From Candidatus Aminicenantes bacterium (lineage in GTDB: Bacteria; Acidobacteriota; Aminicenantia; Aminicenantales; CALLJL01), in the NCBI GenBank assembly GCA_026416195.1, contig JAOAFQ010000098.1, forward strand, positions 7,931 through 71,930: DNA of 64,000 bases, given 5' to 3'. The notes under the pieces are model-generated. The model made no database searches, had not been told where the DNA came from, and was given only the letters and a program-made list of their open reading frames with translations. Below, in pieces: positions 17,612 through 29,286 of this stretch. The first letter of the stretch is position 1, and each line of letters begins with the position of its first letter. Made by a program: the position numbers and the translations under genes.

Positions 17612-20005
17612 TTAATTCACAGGTCGAAGGATGTCAAGGCGAGATCGAGAAGTCCTTATTTTGACTCTTTTTTCCTGAAAAACAAGCTCGATAGCCCCAT
17701 CAAAGTCAGTTCTCAAAACGGTAGCTCCAATTTTTTCATATCTTTCCAGAATATCTTTATGGGGAACTTCATAAACATTACCTCGACCGGCGCTAATAAT
17801 GATTAAAGCCGGGCCAACCGCTTCTAAGAATGATTGGCTACTTGAAGTTCGGCTGCCGTGATGGGCTGACTTCAAAACCAACGCCCTTAAATCCAGAGAA
17901 GAAGCCAAGAGCTCATCTTCACTTGTCCTTCCAATATCTCCGGTAAAAAGAACTAAACCCTGGTGACGTTTAAGCCGAAAAACAAGAGAATCTTCATTGG
18001 AAATCGGGGCTGGTCCTGTTTTCGAAGCTTCTGGATGAAGAAATTCTATGGTAAAGCCAGCAATTTCCCGTTTTGCTCCTCGAAAATAATGAATTCTTTT
18101 TGTCTTAGGGCTCAGGGAAGCGACTAATTCATCATAGTCCTTAGAATCTGACGGTCTAACTCCCTCCCAAAATTCACCGATTCTAAAATTGCGAACCACA
18201 GCTTTCAGTCCTAATAAATGATCCGGATGAGCATGGGACAGAACCAGATAGTCAATTTTTTTGATACCGCGGCGCCACAAAAAAGGGGAAACAATAAATT
18301 CACCCACATCGAAGGGACTATGGGGGAAGCCCCCTCCATCAATCAGCATTTTCTCTTTACCGGGAAATTCCACGAGCATCGCCTCCCCTTGACCGACATC
18401 AAGGCAGGTAAGGCGAAGATAAGGAGTTGATGAAGGAAAAGGATAAAAAAGGAGAAAAGAGGCAAAAAGGCTAAAACCACAGAAGATCAACAGTTTTTGA
18501 AAACGAAAGCGGGCCTGAGGAATTAGCAGGAAAAGAAAAAGAAAATAGCCAACAATGACAATTAGTGGAGGAGTGGGGATTCGATAGGAAAGGGGTTGGA
18601 AATCATCAAAGAGGCGAGATAGGCCAAAAAATAAATGGATTAACTTATTTAAACCTAAAGCGATTAAAGACGCCAGGGTTGAACTCAACGGAGTAGTTAA
18701 AAGGAAGAGCCAGCCGACAGCCATAATTACGCCAATAAGAGGCACAGCTGGAAGATTTAAAATAATACTGGCCAAGGTAATGCGATTGAAAATGAAGGCA
18801 GTGAAAGGAATAACTCCTAGTTGAGCGGCCAAAGAAAGAATAAAAAGATCAGTCAAGCGAAAAGGCAAGATTGGCCAGAATTTTTTAATTTTTGGGAAAA
18901 AAATAATTATCGTTAGAGTTGCCATGAAGGTGAGAATAAAGCCGGCTTCAAAAAGCTGAAAAGGGTTAAACAGGAGAAGGATGAAAGCTGAGGCGGCTAG
19001 GGTGTTCAAAAGATGGGTATCTTTCCAGTAGATACGACCGATTAAGTAAAGAATGGTCATTATTGTCGCTCTGAAAACCGAAGGCCGACCTTCAACCAGA
19101 AGAGCATAAAAAATTAAACTCAAAATGAGAATAAAGGAGCGAACCCTCTCTGAGACAGGAAAAAGACGCCAAAACTGAAAAAGGAAATAAGAAATGATAG
19201 CGATGTGGGCTCCAGAGATGGCAATCAGATGAAAAAGGCCCGAGCTTTGTAACTGGCGAATTGAGTTTTCATCAAGCCGCCCCCTTTCTCCAAGAAGTAG
19301 AGCCTCAAGAAAGGCTCCTACCTGAGAGATTTTGCTTGAGTCTTCAGGGAAATAATCTTTTATTTTAGCCTGGATTTGCTGATTCAACCAAGAGAAGGTC
19401 CGAGTTAAAGAAAGTCGACCTGGCTCCTTTTTTTCTAGAAGAAGCCAGCTTTTAGCATAACCTCGACGATGAATGCCGCGAGCTTTCATTAAGATCAACG
19501 ATACTGGTTCTTGGAAATTGCTGAAGTCATCGTCAGCTAAAAAGCGAGCTGATAAATTAACTTTATCCCCAGCTAAAATTTTCGGTGGAGAAAAATCAGG
19601 CGAAAGGGGAAAAGCAATCTGAAGACGACCTTTAATCGTTCTTTCTTCACCTTTAAATCTGATTTTATGCGTCTTAATCAAGAGATAACAACGGTCTTGA
19701 GCTAGATCAGGGCTTTTTTCAATTTGGCCTTCAATATCAAGATAGTCCTCAGAAGCAAGAGATCGAAGGGGATTAGATTCATAGGCCTTATCTTTAAGTA
19801 AATAATAAGTTGCGCCAAAAAAGAAAAAAGAGAGAATAATAAAAAGAAAAGATATCTTCGACCATTTTTTTAAATAAAAAAACCAAGCCAAAATAAAACT
19901 TAGGAAGAAAGGAACTAAAAACAAGGAAAGAGAGGAGGGAAATATCTTGCCTCCAATTAGGCCAGCAATTAGGGCCAAAGTGAGAGGTAGGAAGGGTGAG
20001 GTCAT
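17612..20005 (-). CDS. comEC: DNA internalization competence protein ComEC/Rec2 with C-terminal metallo-beta-lactamase domain
   Basis: Polytopic competence domain (FHLIAISGAHIAIIS) and MBL motif LSHAHPDHLLGL, 797 aa. Confidence 0.85.
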   Translation of the reverse strand: MTSPFLPLTLALIAGLIGGKIFPSSLSLFLVPFFLSFILAWFFYLKKWSKISFLFIILSFFFFGATYYLLKDKAYESNPLRSLASEDYLDIEGQIEKSPDLAQDRCYLLIKTHKIRFKGEERTIKGRLQIAFPLSPDFSPPKILAGDKVNLSARFLADDDFSNFQEPVSLILMKARGIHRRGYAKSWLLLEKKEPGRLSLTRTFSWLNQQIQAKIKDYFPEDSSKISQVGAFLEALLLGERGRLDENSIRQLQSSGLFHLIAISGAHIAIISYFLFQFWRLFPVSERVRSFILILSLIFYALLVEGRPSVFRATIMTILYLIGRIYWKDTHLLNTLAASAFILLLFNPFQLFEAGFILTFMATLTIIIFFPKIKKFWPILPFRLTDLFILSLAAQLGVIPFTAFIFNRITLASIILNLPAVPLIGVIMAVGWLFLLTTPLSSTLASLIALGLNKLIHLFFGLSRLFDDFQPLSYRIPTPPLIVIVGYFLFLFLLIPQARFRFQKLLIFCGFSLFASFLLFYPFPSSTPYLRLTCLDVGQGEAMLVEFPGKEKMLIDGGGFPHSPFDVGEFIVSPFLWRRGIKKIDYLVLSHAHPDHLLGLKAVVRNFRIGEFWEGVRPSDSKDYDELVASLSPKTKRIHYFRGAKREIAGFTIEFLHPEASKTGPAPISNEDSLVFRLKRHQGLVLFTGDIGRTSEDELLASSLDLRALVLKSAHHGSRTSSSQSFLEAVGPALIIISAGRGNVYEVPHKDILERYEKIGATVLRTDFDGAIELVFQEKRVKIRTSRSRLDILRPVN

Positions 20006-20021
20006 CTATTTCTTTTGATTC

Positions 20022-21332
20022 TTAATTGTTTTCTGACTGGGTGACAAGGGAACTCAATTTTTCCAAACAATCAAGGAGAAGGTGCGACATGACCCGAATG
20101 CCCACAGGAATGCTTCTTTCATCGGGGTTAAAGTAAGGGCTATGTAAAGGGGCAGCCTTGGTTTCCCGAGGATTTTTGACCCCCAGAAAAAAATAAAGGG
20201 CTGGAATTTTCTGAGCATAAAAGGCAAAATCTTCAGCGACGAACTGGGGCTTAAGATCGAGTAAATTTTCCTGGCCAACAGCCTTAATTAGGGTCGGAAG
20301 CATTAATTTAGCCAATTCAGGATGATTATAAACAAAGGGGACAAGGTGTCGGTAATCAAGGGTAAAATCGCCACCTAGAGGTTGGACGAGACCGCGGACA
20401 ACAGAGGTAATTAGACTTGGAATTTTTTGACGGTTTTCTTCGCTGAGCGTTCTGACTGTTCCTTCTAAGATAACCTGATCAGCCAAAATGTTGGACCTGA
20501 TCCCACCTGAAATTTTCCCCACGGTGAGGACAATGGGATCAGTGGGATCAATATGGCGAGAAGCAATCGATTGCAAAGCCATGACCACTTGCGAGGCTAG
20601 CACAATCGCATCTACCCCATCTTGGGGACGAGCGCCATGGGCTCCTTTACCTTTGATTGTTAGTTGGAACCAATCCGAGCTGGCCATTATAATGCCGGGC
20701 GAAAACATGATTTGACCCACATTGGCTTCGGGCCAGACATGAAGCCCGAAAATCGCCCGAGTGGGTGGGTTGTCAAGGACACCCTCTTTAATCATCAGGG
20801 CCGCCCCCCCTTCTTCGCCCGAAGACAAGCCTTCTTCCGCCGGTTGAAAAATAAATTTTATATTGCCTTTTAACTGATGACGAAGATCATTGAGAACATA
20901 AGCTGTTCCCAAGGCTATGGCCATATGAACATCGTGGCCGCAGGCATGCATCACCCCAGGATTAAGCGATTTAAAGGGCAAAGCCAGCATTTCTTGAATA
21001 GGCAAAGCATCCATATCCGCTCTAAGGGCAATAGTTGGACCGGACTGGTAGCCTCTTAAAAGCCCAACCACCCCGTTCCCAGCTACCCCACTTTTCACCT
21101 CAAAGCCGAGAGAAATCAATCGGGAACTAATAAGTCGACCGGTTTCAACCTCTTGGTTGCTTAGTTCAGGATTCATATGAAGATAGCGGCGAAGCCGGAT
21201 AATTTCCCCTCGATATCTTTCAATCAGACTTTCAATTTCAGTGGAGATTTTTTTGTCAATTGCTAAAGAAAGGGCCGGTAGCAGCAAGACAAAAAGGAAA
21301 ATAAAAATTTTTTTATACAAAAAATTTTTCAT
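20022..21332 (-). CDS. M20D family amidohydrolase (N-acyl-amino acid amidohydrolase / hippurate hydrolase-like), secreted
   Basis: Signal peptide; ADMDALP and MHACGHDVH metal-binding motifs of the M20D family. Confidence 0.75.
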   Translation of the reverse strand: MKNFLYKKIFIFLFVLLLPALSLAIDKKISTEIESLIERYRGEIIRLRRYLHMNPELSNQEVETGRLISSRLISLGFEVKSGVAGNGVVGLLRGYQSGPTIALRADMDALPIQEMLALPFKSLNPGVMHACGHDVHMAIALGTAYVLNDLRHQLKGNIKFIFQPAEEGLSSGEEGGAALMIKEGVLDNPPTRAIFGLHVWPEANVGQIMFSPGIIMASSDWFQLTIKGKGAHGARPQDGVDAIVLASQVVMALQSIASRHIDPTDPIVLTVGKISGGIRSNILADQVILEGTVRTLSEENRQKIPSLITSVVRGLVQPLGGDFTLDYRHLVPFVYNHPELAKLMLPTLIKAVGQENLLDLKPQFVAEDFAFYAQKIPALYFFLGVKNPRETKAAPLHSPYFNPDERSIPVGIRVMSHLLLDCLEKLSSLVTQSENN

Positions 21333-21396
21333 TTCTCAAAGTCATCTTAAGCTGAGATAAGATTCTTGTCAAGAAAGGGGGCTAATTTTTTAATTA

Positions 21397-23004
21397 TCAG
21401 AAAAGTAATTTTTCCTGATAGACGCCGAAAACCTCTTTGAGAGCATCAGCGATTTCGCCTAAGGTTGCCTGAGCCCTAACTGCTTCCATAATCAAGGGCA
21501 TTAGATTCTCCTTGGTCTTAGCCGCTTCTTTTAATTTTTCGAGGCACGTTAATACTTGTTTAAGCGACCTTCTTGCTTTTCTTTTTCTAAGTTTTTCGAT
21601 TTGCCTTTTTTCCACGGTAGGGGGAATGGAAAGAAGCTTAAAACGAGGCTTTTCCCCCTCCAGCCGAAACTCATTTACGCCAACAACAATTTGTTCTCCT
21701 TGGTCAATCAGTTTTTGCTGTTCGTACGCACTGGTCTCAATCTGATGCTGAATGAAACCATTTTCGATAGCTTCAAGCATGCCGCCCTGTTCTTCTATTT
21801 GCTTGATCAATTGCCACACCTTTTCTTCAATTACATTGGTCAGATGCTCGAGAAAATAACTTCCGCCTAATGGATCGACTGTATCGGCCACGCCACTTTC
21901 ATAAGCTATTATCTGCTGAGTTCTCAGGGCAATTCGGGCCGATTCTTCTGTGGGTAATGATAAAGCCTCATCTCGGGAATTAGTGTGGAGAGACTGAGTG
22001 CCACCAAGAACAGCTGCTAAGGCTTGAAGTGTTACTCGGATAACATTATTTTCAGGTTGATGAGCGGTAAGAGTACAGCCGCTGGTTTGCGTATGAAAGC
22101 GGAAGAGGCATGATTCTTCTTGGCTTGCCCCAAATTCGGTTTTCATGATTTTAGCCCAAAGACGGCGAGCAGCTCGAAATTTAGCAATTTCCTCAAAGAA
22201 GTGATTATGAGCGGCGAGGAAAAAAGAAAAGCGAGGAGCAAAAGAATCAACCTTTAAGCCTCTTTCAATGGCCGCGCGAACATAAGTAATGCCATTCGCC
22301 AAAGTAAAAGCTAGCTCTTGAATGGCATTGGCGCCAGCTTCACGAATATGATAACCACTAACAGAAATAGGATTCCAACGTGGTAAATAGGCCTGACAAA
22401 AGTCAATCAGATCAGTTACCAGACGAAGGGAAGGACGAGGCGGATAAATATAAGTTCCTCGGGCCACATATTCCTTAAGAATGTCATTCTGAGTTGTCCC
22501 AGCTAAGCAATTCCAGGCGAGACCCCTTTTTTCGGCCATCACTAGATACATGGCCAGAATGGGCGCTGCCGTGGCATTAATCGTCATCGAGACACTGACT
22601 CGATCGAGGGGAATGGAATCGAAAAGCTCTTCCATGTCCCACAGGCCATCAATAGCCACGCCAACCCGGCCGACTTCACCTTTCGCTTGAGGATGGTCAG
22701 AATCAAGACCAATTTGAGTCGGTAAATCAAAGGCAACACTTAAGCCAGTCTGGCCCTGAGCGAGTAAATAGCGAAAGCGACGGTTGGTTTCCCGAGCTGT
22801 CCCATAGCCAGCATATTGGCGCATTGTCCACAAGCGGCCTCGGTACATGGTTGGATAGATTCCCCGGGTAAAGGGAAAAGAGCCAGGTTGGCCAAGATCT
22901 CTTTCAAAATTAAAATTAGTTAAATGGTCTGGAGTATAAACCCGTTCAAGATTTATTCCCGATGGAGTTGAGAAAAAGGGTTTTCGTTCTTTTACCCCAG
23001 CCAT
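21397..23004 (-). CDS. Acyl-CoA (methylmalonyl-CoA-type) mutase, catalytic substrate-binding TIM-barrel subunit, lacking the B12-binding domain
   Basis: [53 protein letters not shown] matches MCM large-subunit/N-terminal-domain proteins. It is 535 aa with no C-terminal DXHXXG B12 domain. Confidence 0.8.
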   Translation of the reverse strand: MAGVKERKPFFSTPSGINLERVYTPDHLTNFNFERDLGQPGSFPFTRGIYPTMYRGRLWTMRQYAGYGTARETNRRFRYLLAQGQTGLSVAFDLPTQIGLDSDHPQAKGEVGRVGVAIDGLWDMEELFDSIPLDRVSVSMTINATAAPILAMYLVMAEKRGLAWNCLAGTTQNDILKEYVARGTYIYPPRPSLRLVTDLIDFCQAYLPRWNPISVSGYHIREAGANAIQELAFTLANGITYVRAAIERGLKVDSFAPRFSFFLAAHNHFFEEIAKFRAARRLWAKIMKTEFGASQEESCLFRFHTQTSGCTLTAHQPENNVIRVTLQALAAVLGGTQSLHTNSRDEALSLPTEESARIALRTQQIIAYESGVADTVDPLGGSYFLEHLTNVIEEKVWQLIKQIEEQGGMLEAIENGFIQHQIETSAYEQQKLIDQGEQIVVGVNEFRLEGEKPRFKLLSIPPTVEKRQIEKLRKRKARRSLKQVLTCLEKLKEAAKTKENLMPLIMEAVRAQATLGEIADALKEVFGVYQEKLLF

Positions 23005-23031
23005 CCTCCCACCTCACCCAGAAATTAAATC

Positions 23032-24327
<1,296 letters not shown>

Positions 24328-24373
24328 TTACCTCCAGGTAAGGAATTTAGGAAAAATTCTTCGGTCAATAAAT

Positions 24374-24691
24374 TTATTCGGCCGTTTGTCCCTTTTCTTG
24401 GGCTTTCCGAGCATATTCTTCTTTCTTTTTTTCAAGAAATTCGCGAATGGCTTCGATTCCTTCTTGAGTTTTTTCTTTCACTACTTTAATTCCCTTTTCC
24501 GCTTCTTCAGTTAATTTTTCATAAGCTTCTTTGGCCACTTCCCCAGTTTTAATTGCCTGTTGTTTTATTTTTTGTCTTGTTTCCTTGCCACTAGCTGGCG
24601 CAAAAAGGAGGCCTAGGACAAAGCCTGTGGCTGCGCCAATCAAAAAGGAAACGGCCAGACTAAGGGGGCTTGAACCTTTGTTTTCAGCCAT
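24374..24691 (-). CDS. YtxH-domain protein
   Basis: N-terminal hydrophobic helix with GLLFAPASGKETRQKIK (YtxH signature), charged coiled-coil tail. Confidence 0.55.
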   Translation of the reverse strand: MAENKGSSPLSLAVSFLIGAATGFVLGLLFAPASGKETRQKIKQQAIKTGEVAKEAYEKLTEEAEKGIKVVKEKTQEGIEAIREFLEKKKEEYARKAQEKGQTAE

Positions 24692-25097
24692 GAGACTTCT
24701 CCTTTCTTTTCTTTTTATGCCGCCACAGGAATTGAAGAAGAGGAAAAATTAAAGGCCAATATTGAGCGGACGGTCGGATTACTCGGGCTGTCATAAAACC
24801 TAGGATTTCAGCTAAGTTTGAAGCAATTTTTCTGGATGATTCGATCGTTTCGCCCACTCTTTCAGCTTTTTCCTTAATTAAAGCCTGAAGTTCATTAAAT
24901 TCTTGGAGATTGTGGCGAAGTTCAGCCAGAGCTTTCTCCGCTTCCTCTGCTGTTCTTTTAAGTTGGTGTAAGAAAAGTATTAGCCAAGTCGCCACCACAA
25001 CAATCACCAGCGTAATAACCAGCCATAAAAATTGATTAAGTGTGAGCGGCATTTTTCTCTGAGAAAAATAAAGGAAAAGAAAAGATTTGTCAAACAA
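24684..25097 (-). CDS. DUF948-like small membrane protein
   Basis: Single N-terminal TM helix then a coiled coil. Overlaps the downstream YtxH gene by 8 nt. Confidence 0.4.
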   Translation of the reverse strand: MFDKSFLFLYFSQRKMPLTLNQFLWLVITLVIVVVATWLILFLHQLKRTAEEAEKALAELRHNLQEFNELQALIKEKAERVGETIESSRKIASNLAEILGFMTARVIRPSAQYWPLIFPLLQFLWRHKKKRKEKSHG

Positions 25098-25098
25098 A

Positions 25099-26037
25099 TT
25101 AAAAAACTTCAGGGTGGAGGAGACGAGCTAATTCTTCCAGAGCTTTAATTAATCTGGGGCCGAAGCGGCTGGCCTCATCTTCTTGGAGCCAGCCAAAGTA
25201 ATGATCCTGGATAGCTTTAATTTTTTTGAAGGAAGGCTCTTTAAGAAAAAAATTTTTTTTGGCCGAAAAAGCTTGAGAATCAGGGGCTAAAATAACAATA
25301 ATATCAGGGGCAGCTTGGATTAAGTCTTCGGTTCGGAGGAAAAACCAGCGTCTTGATTCGAAAGCGGCAATATTGACCCCTCCGGCCATTTCAATAAGAT
25401 GATGAAGGAAGCTCTGTTGTCCGCATGTCCATAAGCCTAAACCAGAAAGTGTCAAAAATACTTTGGGCCTGGCCGAAGTTGATTTAATTTTAGCCTGAAG
25501 ATATAGGAGGCGGAGACGAAGATTTTGAATGAGTTTCAGGGCTTGACCCTCTCTCCGAGTAATCAGACCTAAAGTCTCAATCAAAGAGAAAAGGTCTTCA
25601 ATTTTTTGACCTTCATCGAAAACAAAAAGGGGCAATCCGGCAGTCCTGAGCTTGTTAAGGACATCAAGAGGTGTGCCTCTGTAGGCCAGAACGAGATCAG
25701 GGTTGAGAGCAGTAATCTTTTCTAGATTGGGATCAAGATATCCACCAACTCGCTCAATTGTCGTTGCCTGGGGGGGATAATTACAAAAGCGAGTTAGGCC
25801 AATGATCTTTTCGCCTAAATTAAGTTCAAAAAGAATCTCAGTTAAATTTGGGGCTAAGGAAATGATTCTTTGAGGCGGTGGACCAAGGGGAAATTCATAA
25901 CCTAGAGCATCGCGAAGAATTCTTGATGGTTGATCCGAGGAATAAGCCAAGTTTTTCTCGAGCAAGAAAAAGATAATCAAGAAAAAGATAATGGGATAAA
26001 AAATCATAAGTCTAAGCAAAAAGTTGCTTTTTTTCAT
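25099..26037 (-). CDS. ABC transporter periplasmic substrate-binding protein, cobalamin/iron-siderophore (BtuF/FecB, class III) type
   Basis: Signal peptide; IISLAPNLTEILFELNLGEKIIGLT motif typical of BtuF-like binding proteins. Confidence 0.65.
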   Translation of the reverse strand: MKKSNFLLRLMIFYPIIFFLIIFFLLEKNLAYSSDQPSRILRDALGYEFPLGPPPQRIISLAPNLTEILFELNLGEKIIGLTRFCNYPPQATTIERVGGYLDPNLEKITALNPDLVLAYRGTPLDVLNKLRTAGLPLFVFDEGQKIEDLFSLIETLGLITRREGQALKLIQNLRLRLLYLQAKIKSTSARPKVFLTLSGLGLWTCGQQSFLHHLIEMAGGVNIAAFESRRWFFLRTEDLIQAAPDIIVILAPDSQAFSAKKNFFLKEPSFKKIKAIQDHYFGWLQEDEASRFGPRLIKALEELARLLHPEVF

Positions 26038-26240
26038 TTTTCATTAGCCTTGAGCTATTATCTCTTATATTTAGATTAGAAAAAAAATTGACTAAATTAA
26101 ACAGGATTAACAGGTATCTTCGAGGAAAAGAAGTGGCTTGCCAGAGTTTTCTTGACAGTCAAGACAGGTTGAAGCTAAGATGAAAAGAAATTTGATCAAA
26201 AGGCGAGCTATTTTCTGACTTGAAGAAAGAGGCAAGTTCG

Positions 26241-28733
26241 ATGAAAAAGGAAGGCTATAATTTCGAAGCAATTGAAACTAAATGGCAACAAATTTGGGAG
26301 CAAGAAAAAGTCTTTGAAGTTAAAGAAGATTTAACTAGAAAAAAATTTTATTGTCTAGAGATGTATCCCTATCCTTCAGGCCGCATCCATATGGGTCATG
26401 TACGGAATTACACAATTGGGGATGTCATTTCTCGCTACATGATGATGAAAGGGTTTAATGTCCTTCATCCCATGGGCTGGGATGCTTTAGGCTTACCGGC
26501 CGAAAATGCGGCCATCAAACATGGAATTCATCCCCAGAAATGGACTCTGGATAACATCGCCACTATGAAGGCTCAGCTCAAGCGACTCGGTTTAAGCTAT
26601 GATTGGTCGCGTGAAGTTAATACCTGTTTGCCTGAATATTACAAATGGAATCAATGGATTTTTCTTAAAATGTTTGAGCGGGGTTTGGCCTTTCGGCGCA
26701 AGAGCTGGGTCAACTGGTGTCCTCAATGCCGAACTGTTTTGGCTAATGAGCAAGCTGTCGGTGATCAGTGTTGGCGTTGTTCAAGTCCGGTTGAGCAAAA
26801 GCAGATGGACCATTGGTTTTTAAAGATAACCCATTATGCCCGGGAGTTACTTTCCGGCCATAATGAGTTGAAAAAATGGCCAGAGCACGTTCTCTTGATG
26901 CAACGTAATTGGATTGGCGAGAGCGAAGGCGCGACGATTGCCTTTCCCCTTGAAGATGGTTCTCAAAAAATTGAAGTTTTCACGACCCGACTTGATACTA
27001 TTTATGGGGCCACTTTTCTTGTTCTGTCGCCTGAGCACCCTCTTTGTCTAGAATTGATTGCTGACTCTCCCCGTAGGTCTGAGCTCGAAGCCTGGCTTAA
27101 CCGAGTCATTATCGAGTCAAGACAGCGGCGTCGATCAGGAAGTGAAATTAAGAAGGAAGGCCTTGACACGGGTAAACGAGCTATAAATCCCTTTACAAGA
27201 GAATCAATTCCTATTTGGATTGCCAATTATGTCCTAATGGACTATGGGACTGGCGCTATTATGGGTGTACCAGCCCATGATCAGCGCGACTTTGAATTTG
27301 CTCAACAATATGGCTTGCCGATTAGGCTCGTAATTGTTCCCCCTGATGGTTCAGAAGTTAAAATTCCCCTTACCCAAGCGCTGGAAATTTATGGTCGGCT
27401 GGTCGATTCAGGTCCCTTTTCTGGTCTTACTTCTGAAGAAGCTATCGAAGCTATGGCTCGCTACGCTGAGGAAAAAGGTCTGGGTAATAAGAGTGTAATT
27501 TATCGGCTTCGGGACTGGGGAATTTCAAGACAGAGATATTGGGGTACGCCTATCCCGATTATTTACTGTGATCGGTGCGGGATCGTGCCTGTTCCTTATG
27601 AAGAACTTCCGGTTATTCTTCCCTATGAAGCTAAATTTACCGGCGAAGAGGGTTCGCCCCTGGAGAAAGTGGCTGAATTCGTCAATACAACTTGTCCTCA
27701 TTGTCAAGGTCCGGCTAGGCGAGAAACGGACACGATGGATACTTTTTTTGACTCTTCTTGGTATTTCTTCCGCTACACTTCTCCCCATGAAGAAAAGCTT
27801 CCCTTTGATCAGGAAAAGGCCGCCTACTGGATGCCGGTAGACCTTTATATTGGAGGGGTAGAGCATGCTATTCTTCATCTTATCTATTCCCGGTTTTTTA
27901 CCAAGGTTTTGCGGGATCTAGGTCTAACTAATCTTAATGAGCCTTTCCCTCATTATTTGGCTCAAGGGATGGTGACTAAAGATGGAGCAGCTATGTCGAA
28001 ATCAAGGGGTAATATTGTTGATCCCGACGAGATGATTAATCGCTATGGGGCTGACTCACTGCGTCTTTTTATTCTTTTTGCAGCTCCGCCTGAAAAGGAG
28101 TTTGCCTGGTCAGAGGAAGGAATTGAAGGTTGTTATCGCTTTCTTCATCGAGTTTGGGCTACCTTCGAAGAATGTCAAGATTTATTTGACCAGCCTAAGC
28201 GGGAATTAAATATTCATCAAATCAAAAATAAATCGGCCATTAAGCTGTTACGTTTTCTACATAGAGCCATTAAGAAGGTAAGCGAAGATATCGGCCAACG
28301 TTTCCATCTTAATACGGCCATTAGTTCGTTGATGGAGCTTCTCAATGAAATAAGACGAAATAAGGATGATTTACGGCAGAATGAAGAGGGCCGAGAAATC
28401 CTTCGACAGTGTCTTGAAACATTTCTTCAGTTGCTATCTCCTTTTACGCCTCATCTCTGTGAAGAATTATGGCAAAGGACTGGACACAGCCATTATTTAG
28501 TTAGAAGTTCTTGGCCAGAATATGACCCTGAATTAGCCAAAGAAGAATTAATTACCGTGGTTGTTCAGATTAATGGAAAACTTCGAGATCGTTTCCAGGC
28601 GCCGGCCGATATTTCAGCTGAGGAAATGAAGAAAAAGGCCCTCGCTTCTGAACGCATCAAAGCGTTGATTGCCAATAGAACGATTAAAAATATAATCACT
28701 GTTGAAAACAAACTGGTCAATATTGTAATTTAG
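26241..28733 (+). CDS. leuS: Leucyl-tRNA synthetase
   Basis: HMGHVRNYTIGDV (HIGH motif), KMSKS (AMSKSRGN) and the editing domain. The ATG at 26241 follows an AGAGG RBS; the track ORF starts at TTG 26220. Confidence 0.95.
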   Translation: MKKEGYNFEAIETKWQQIWEQEKVFEVKEDLTRKKFYCLEMYPYPSGRIHMGHVRNYTIGDVISRYMMMKGFNVLHPMGWDALGLPAENAAIKHGIHPQKWTLDNIATMKAQLKRLGLSYDWSREVNTCLPEYYKWNQWIFLKMFERGLAFRRKSWVNWCPQCRTVLANEQAVGDQCWRCSSPVEQKQMDHWFLKITHYARELLSGHNELKKWPEHVLLMQRNWIGESEGATIAFPLEDGSQKIEVFTTRLDTIYGATFLVLSPEHPLCLELIADSPRRSELEAWLNRVIIESRQRRRSGSEIKKEGLDTGKRAINPFTRESIPIWIANYVLMDYGTGAIMGVPAHDQRDFEFAQQYGLPIRLVIVPPDGSEVKIPLTQALEIYGRLVDSGPFSGLTSEEAIEAMARYAEEKGLGNKSVIYRLRDWGISRQRYWGTPIPIIYCDRCGIVPVPYEELPVILPYEAKFTGEEGSPLEKVAEFVNTTCPHCQGPARRETDTMDTFFDSSWYFFRYTSPHEEKLPFDQEKAAYWMPVDLYIGGVEHAILHLIYSRFFTKVLRDLGLTNLNEPFPHYLAQGMVTKDGAAMSKSRGNIVDPDEMINRYGADSLRLFILFAAPPEKEFAWSEEGIEGCYRFLHRVWATFEECQDLFDQPKRELNIHQIKNKSAIKLLRFLHRAIKKVSEDIGQRFHLNTAISSLMELLNEIRRNKDDLRQNEEGREILRQCLETFLQLLSPFTPHLCEELWQRTGHSHYLVRSSWPEYDPELAKEELITVVVQINGKLRDRFQAPADISAEEMKKKALASERIKALIANRTIKNIITVENKLVNIVI

Positions 28734-28751
28734 GGGTAGGTTCAACCAAAA

Positions 28752-29276
28752 ATGGCCTTAAAAAATTTTTTGAGAATATTATTCTTTTTTTTAATTTCCA
28801 GTTTTTTCATTAATTGCGGCTATCATCTCAGGGGTACGGGAACTGCTCTTCCGCCGTCAATTAAAAAGATATATGTTCCGGTTTTTAAAAATTTAACCAC
28901 CCGTTATGAGCTTGACCTCAAGCTTACTCAGGCAGTCATTAATGAACTAATAACCAGAGGAAAACTTGAGCTCGTGGGTGAGGCTGAAAAAGCTGATGCT
29001 CTTCTTCTCGGCGAAATAACTTCTTTTCAGGTTGCTCCCTTAGCTTTTACCGGAAAAGATACGGCTGATAAGTATAACATTACGATTGTGGCCAAAATCA
29101 TTTTCCGGGAACTTAGGTCTCAGCAGGTCCTTTTTTCTCATCCAGCTTTTGTCTATGTAGAAGAGTATGAAGTTCCTGAGGGAACTGATTTTGAATCAAT
29201 GGAAGCTGAGGCCCTTGCCAGAGTGGCTGAGAAATTTGCTCGGAGTTTAGTTGTCGCCCTCCTAGAGGGATTTTAG
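28752..29276 (+). CDS. lptE: LPS-assembly lipoprotein LptE
   Basis: Lipobox followed by the CGYHLRG signature (E. coli LptE has CGWHLRD). Conserved leuS-lptE-holA synteny. Confidence 0.8.
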   Translation: MALKNFLRILFFFLISSFFINCGYHLRGTGTALPPSIKKIYVPVFKNLTTRYELDLKLTQAVINELITRGKLELVGEAEKADALLLGEITSFQVAPLAFTGKDTADKYNITIVAKIIFRELRSQQVLFSHPAFVYVEEYEVPEGTDFESMEAEALARVAEKFARSLVVALLEGF

Positions 29277-29286
29277 TCTAAAGCTC

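Noticed and set aside
21397-23004. Frameshifted full-length methylmalonyl-CoA mutase (i.e. B12 domain lost through a sequencing error).
   Set aside because: The ORF ends cleanly at 21397 and the 64-nt gap to the next gene contains no B12-binding DXHXXG-coding remnant in any frame. Treated as a genuine split-mutase large subunit.
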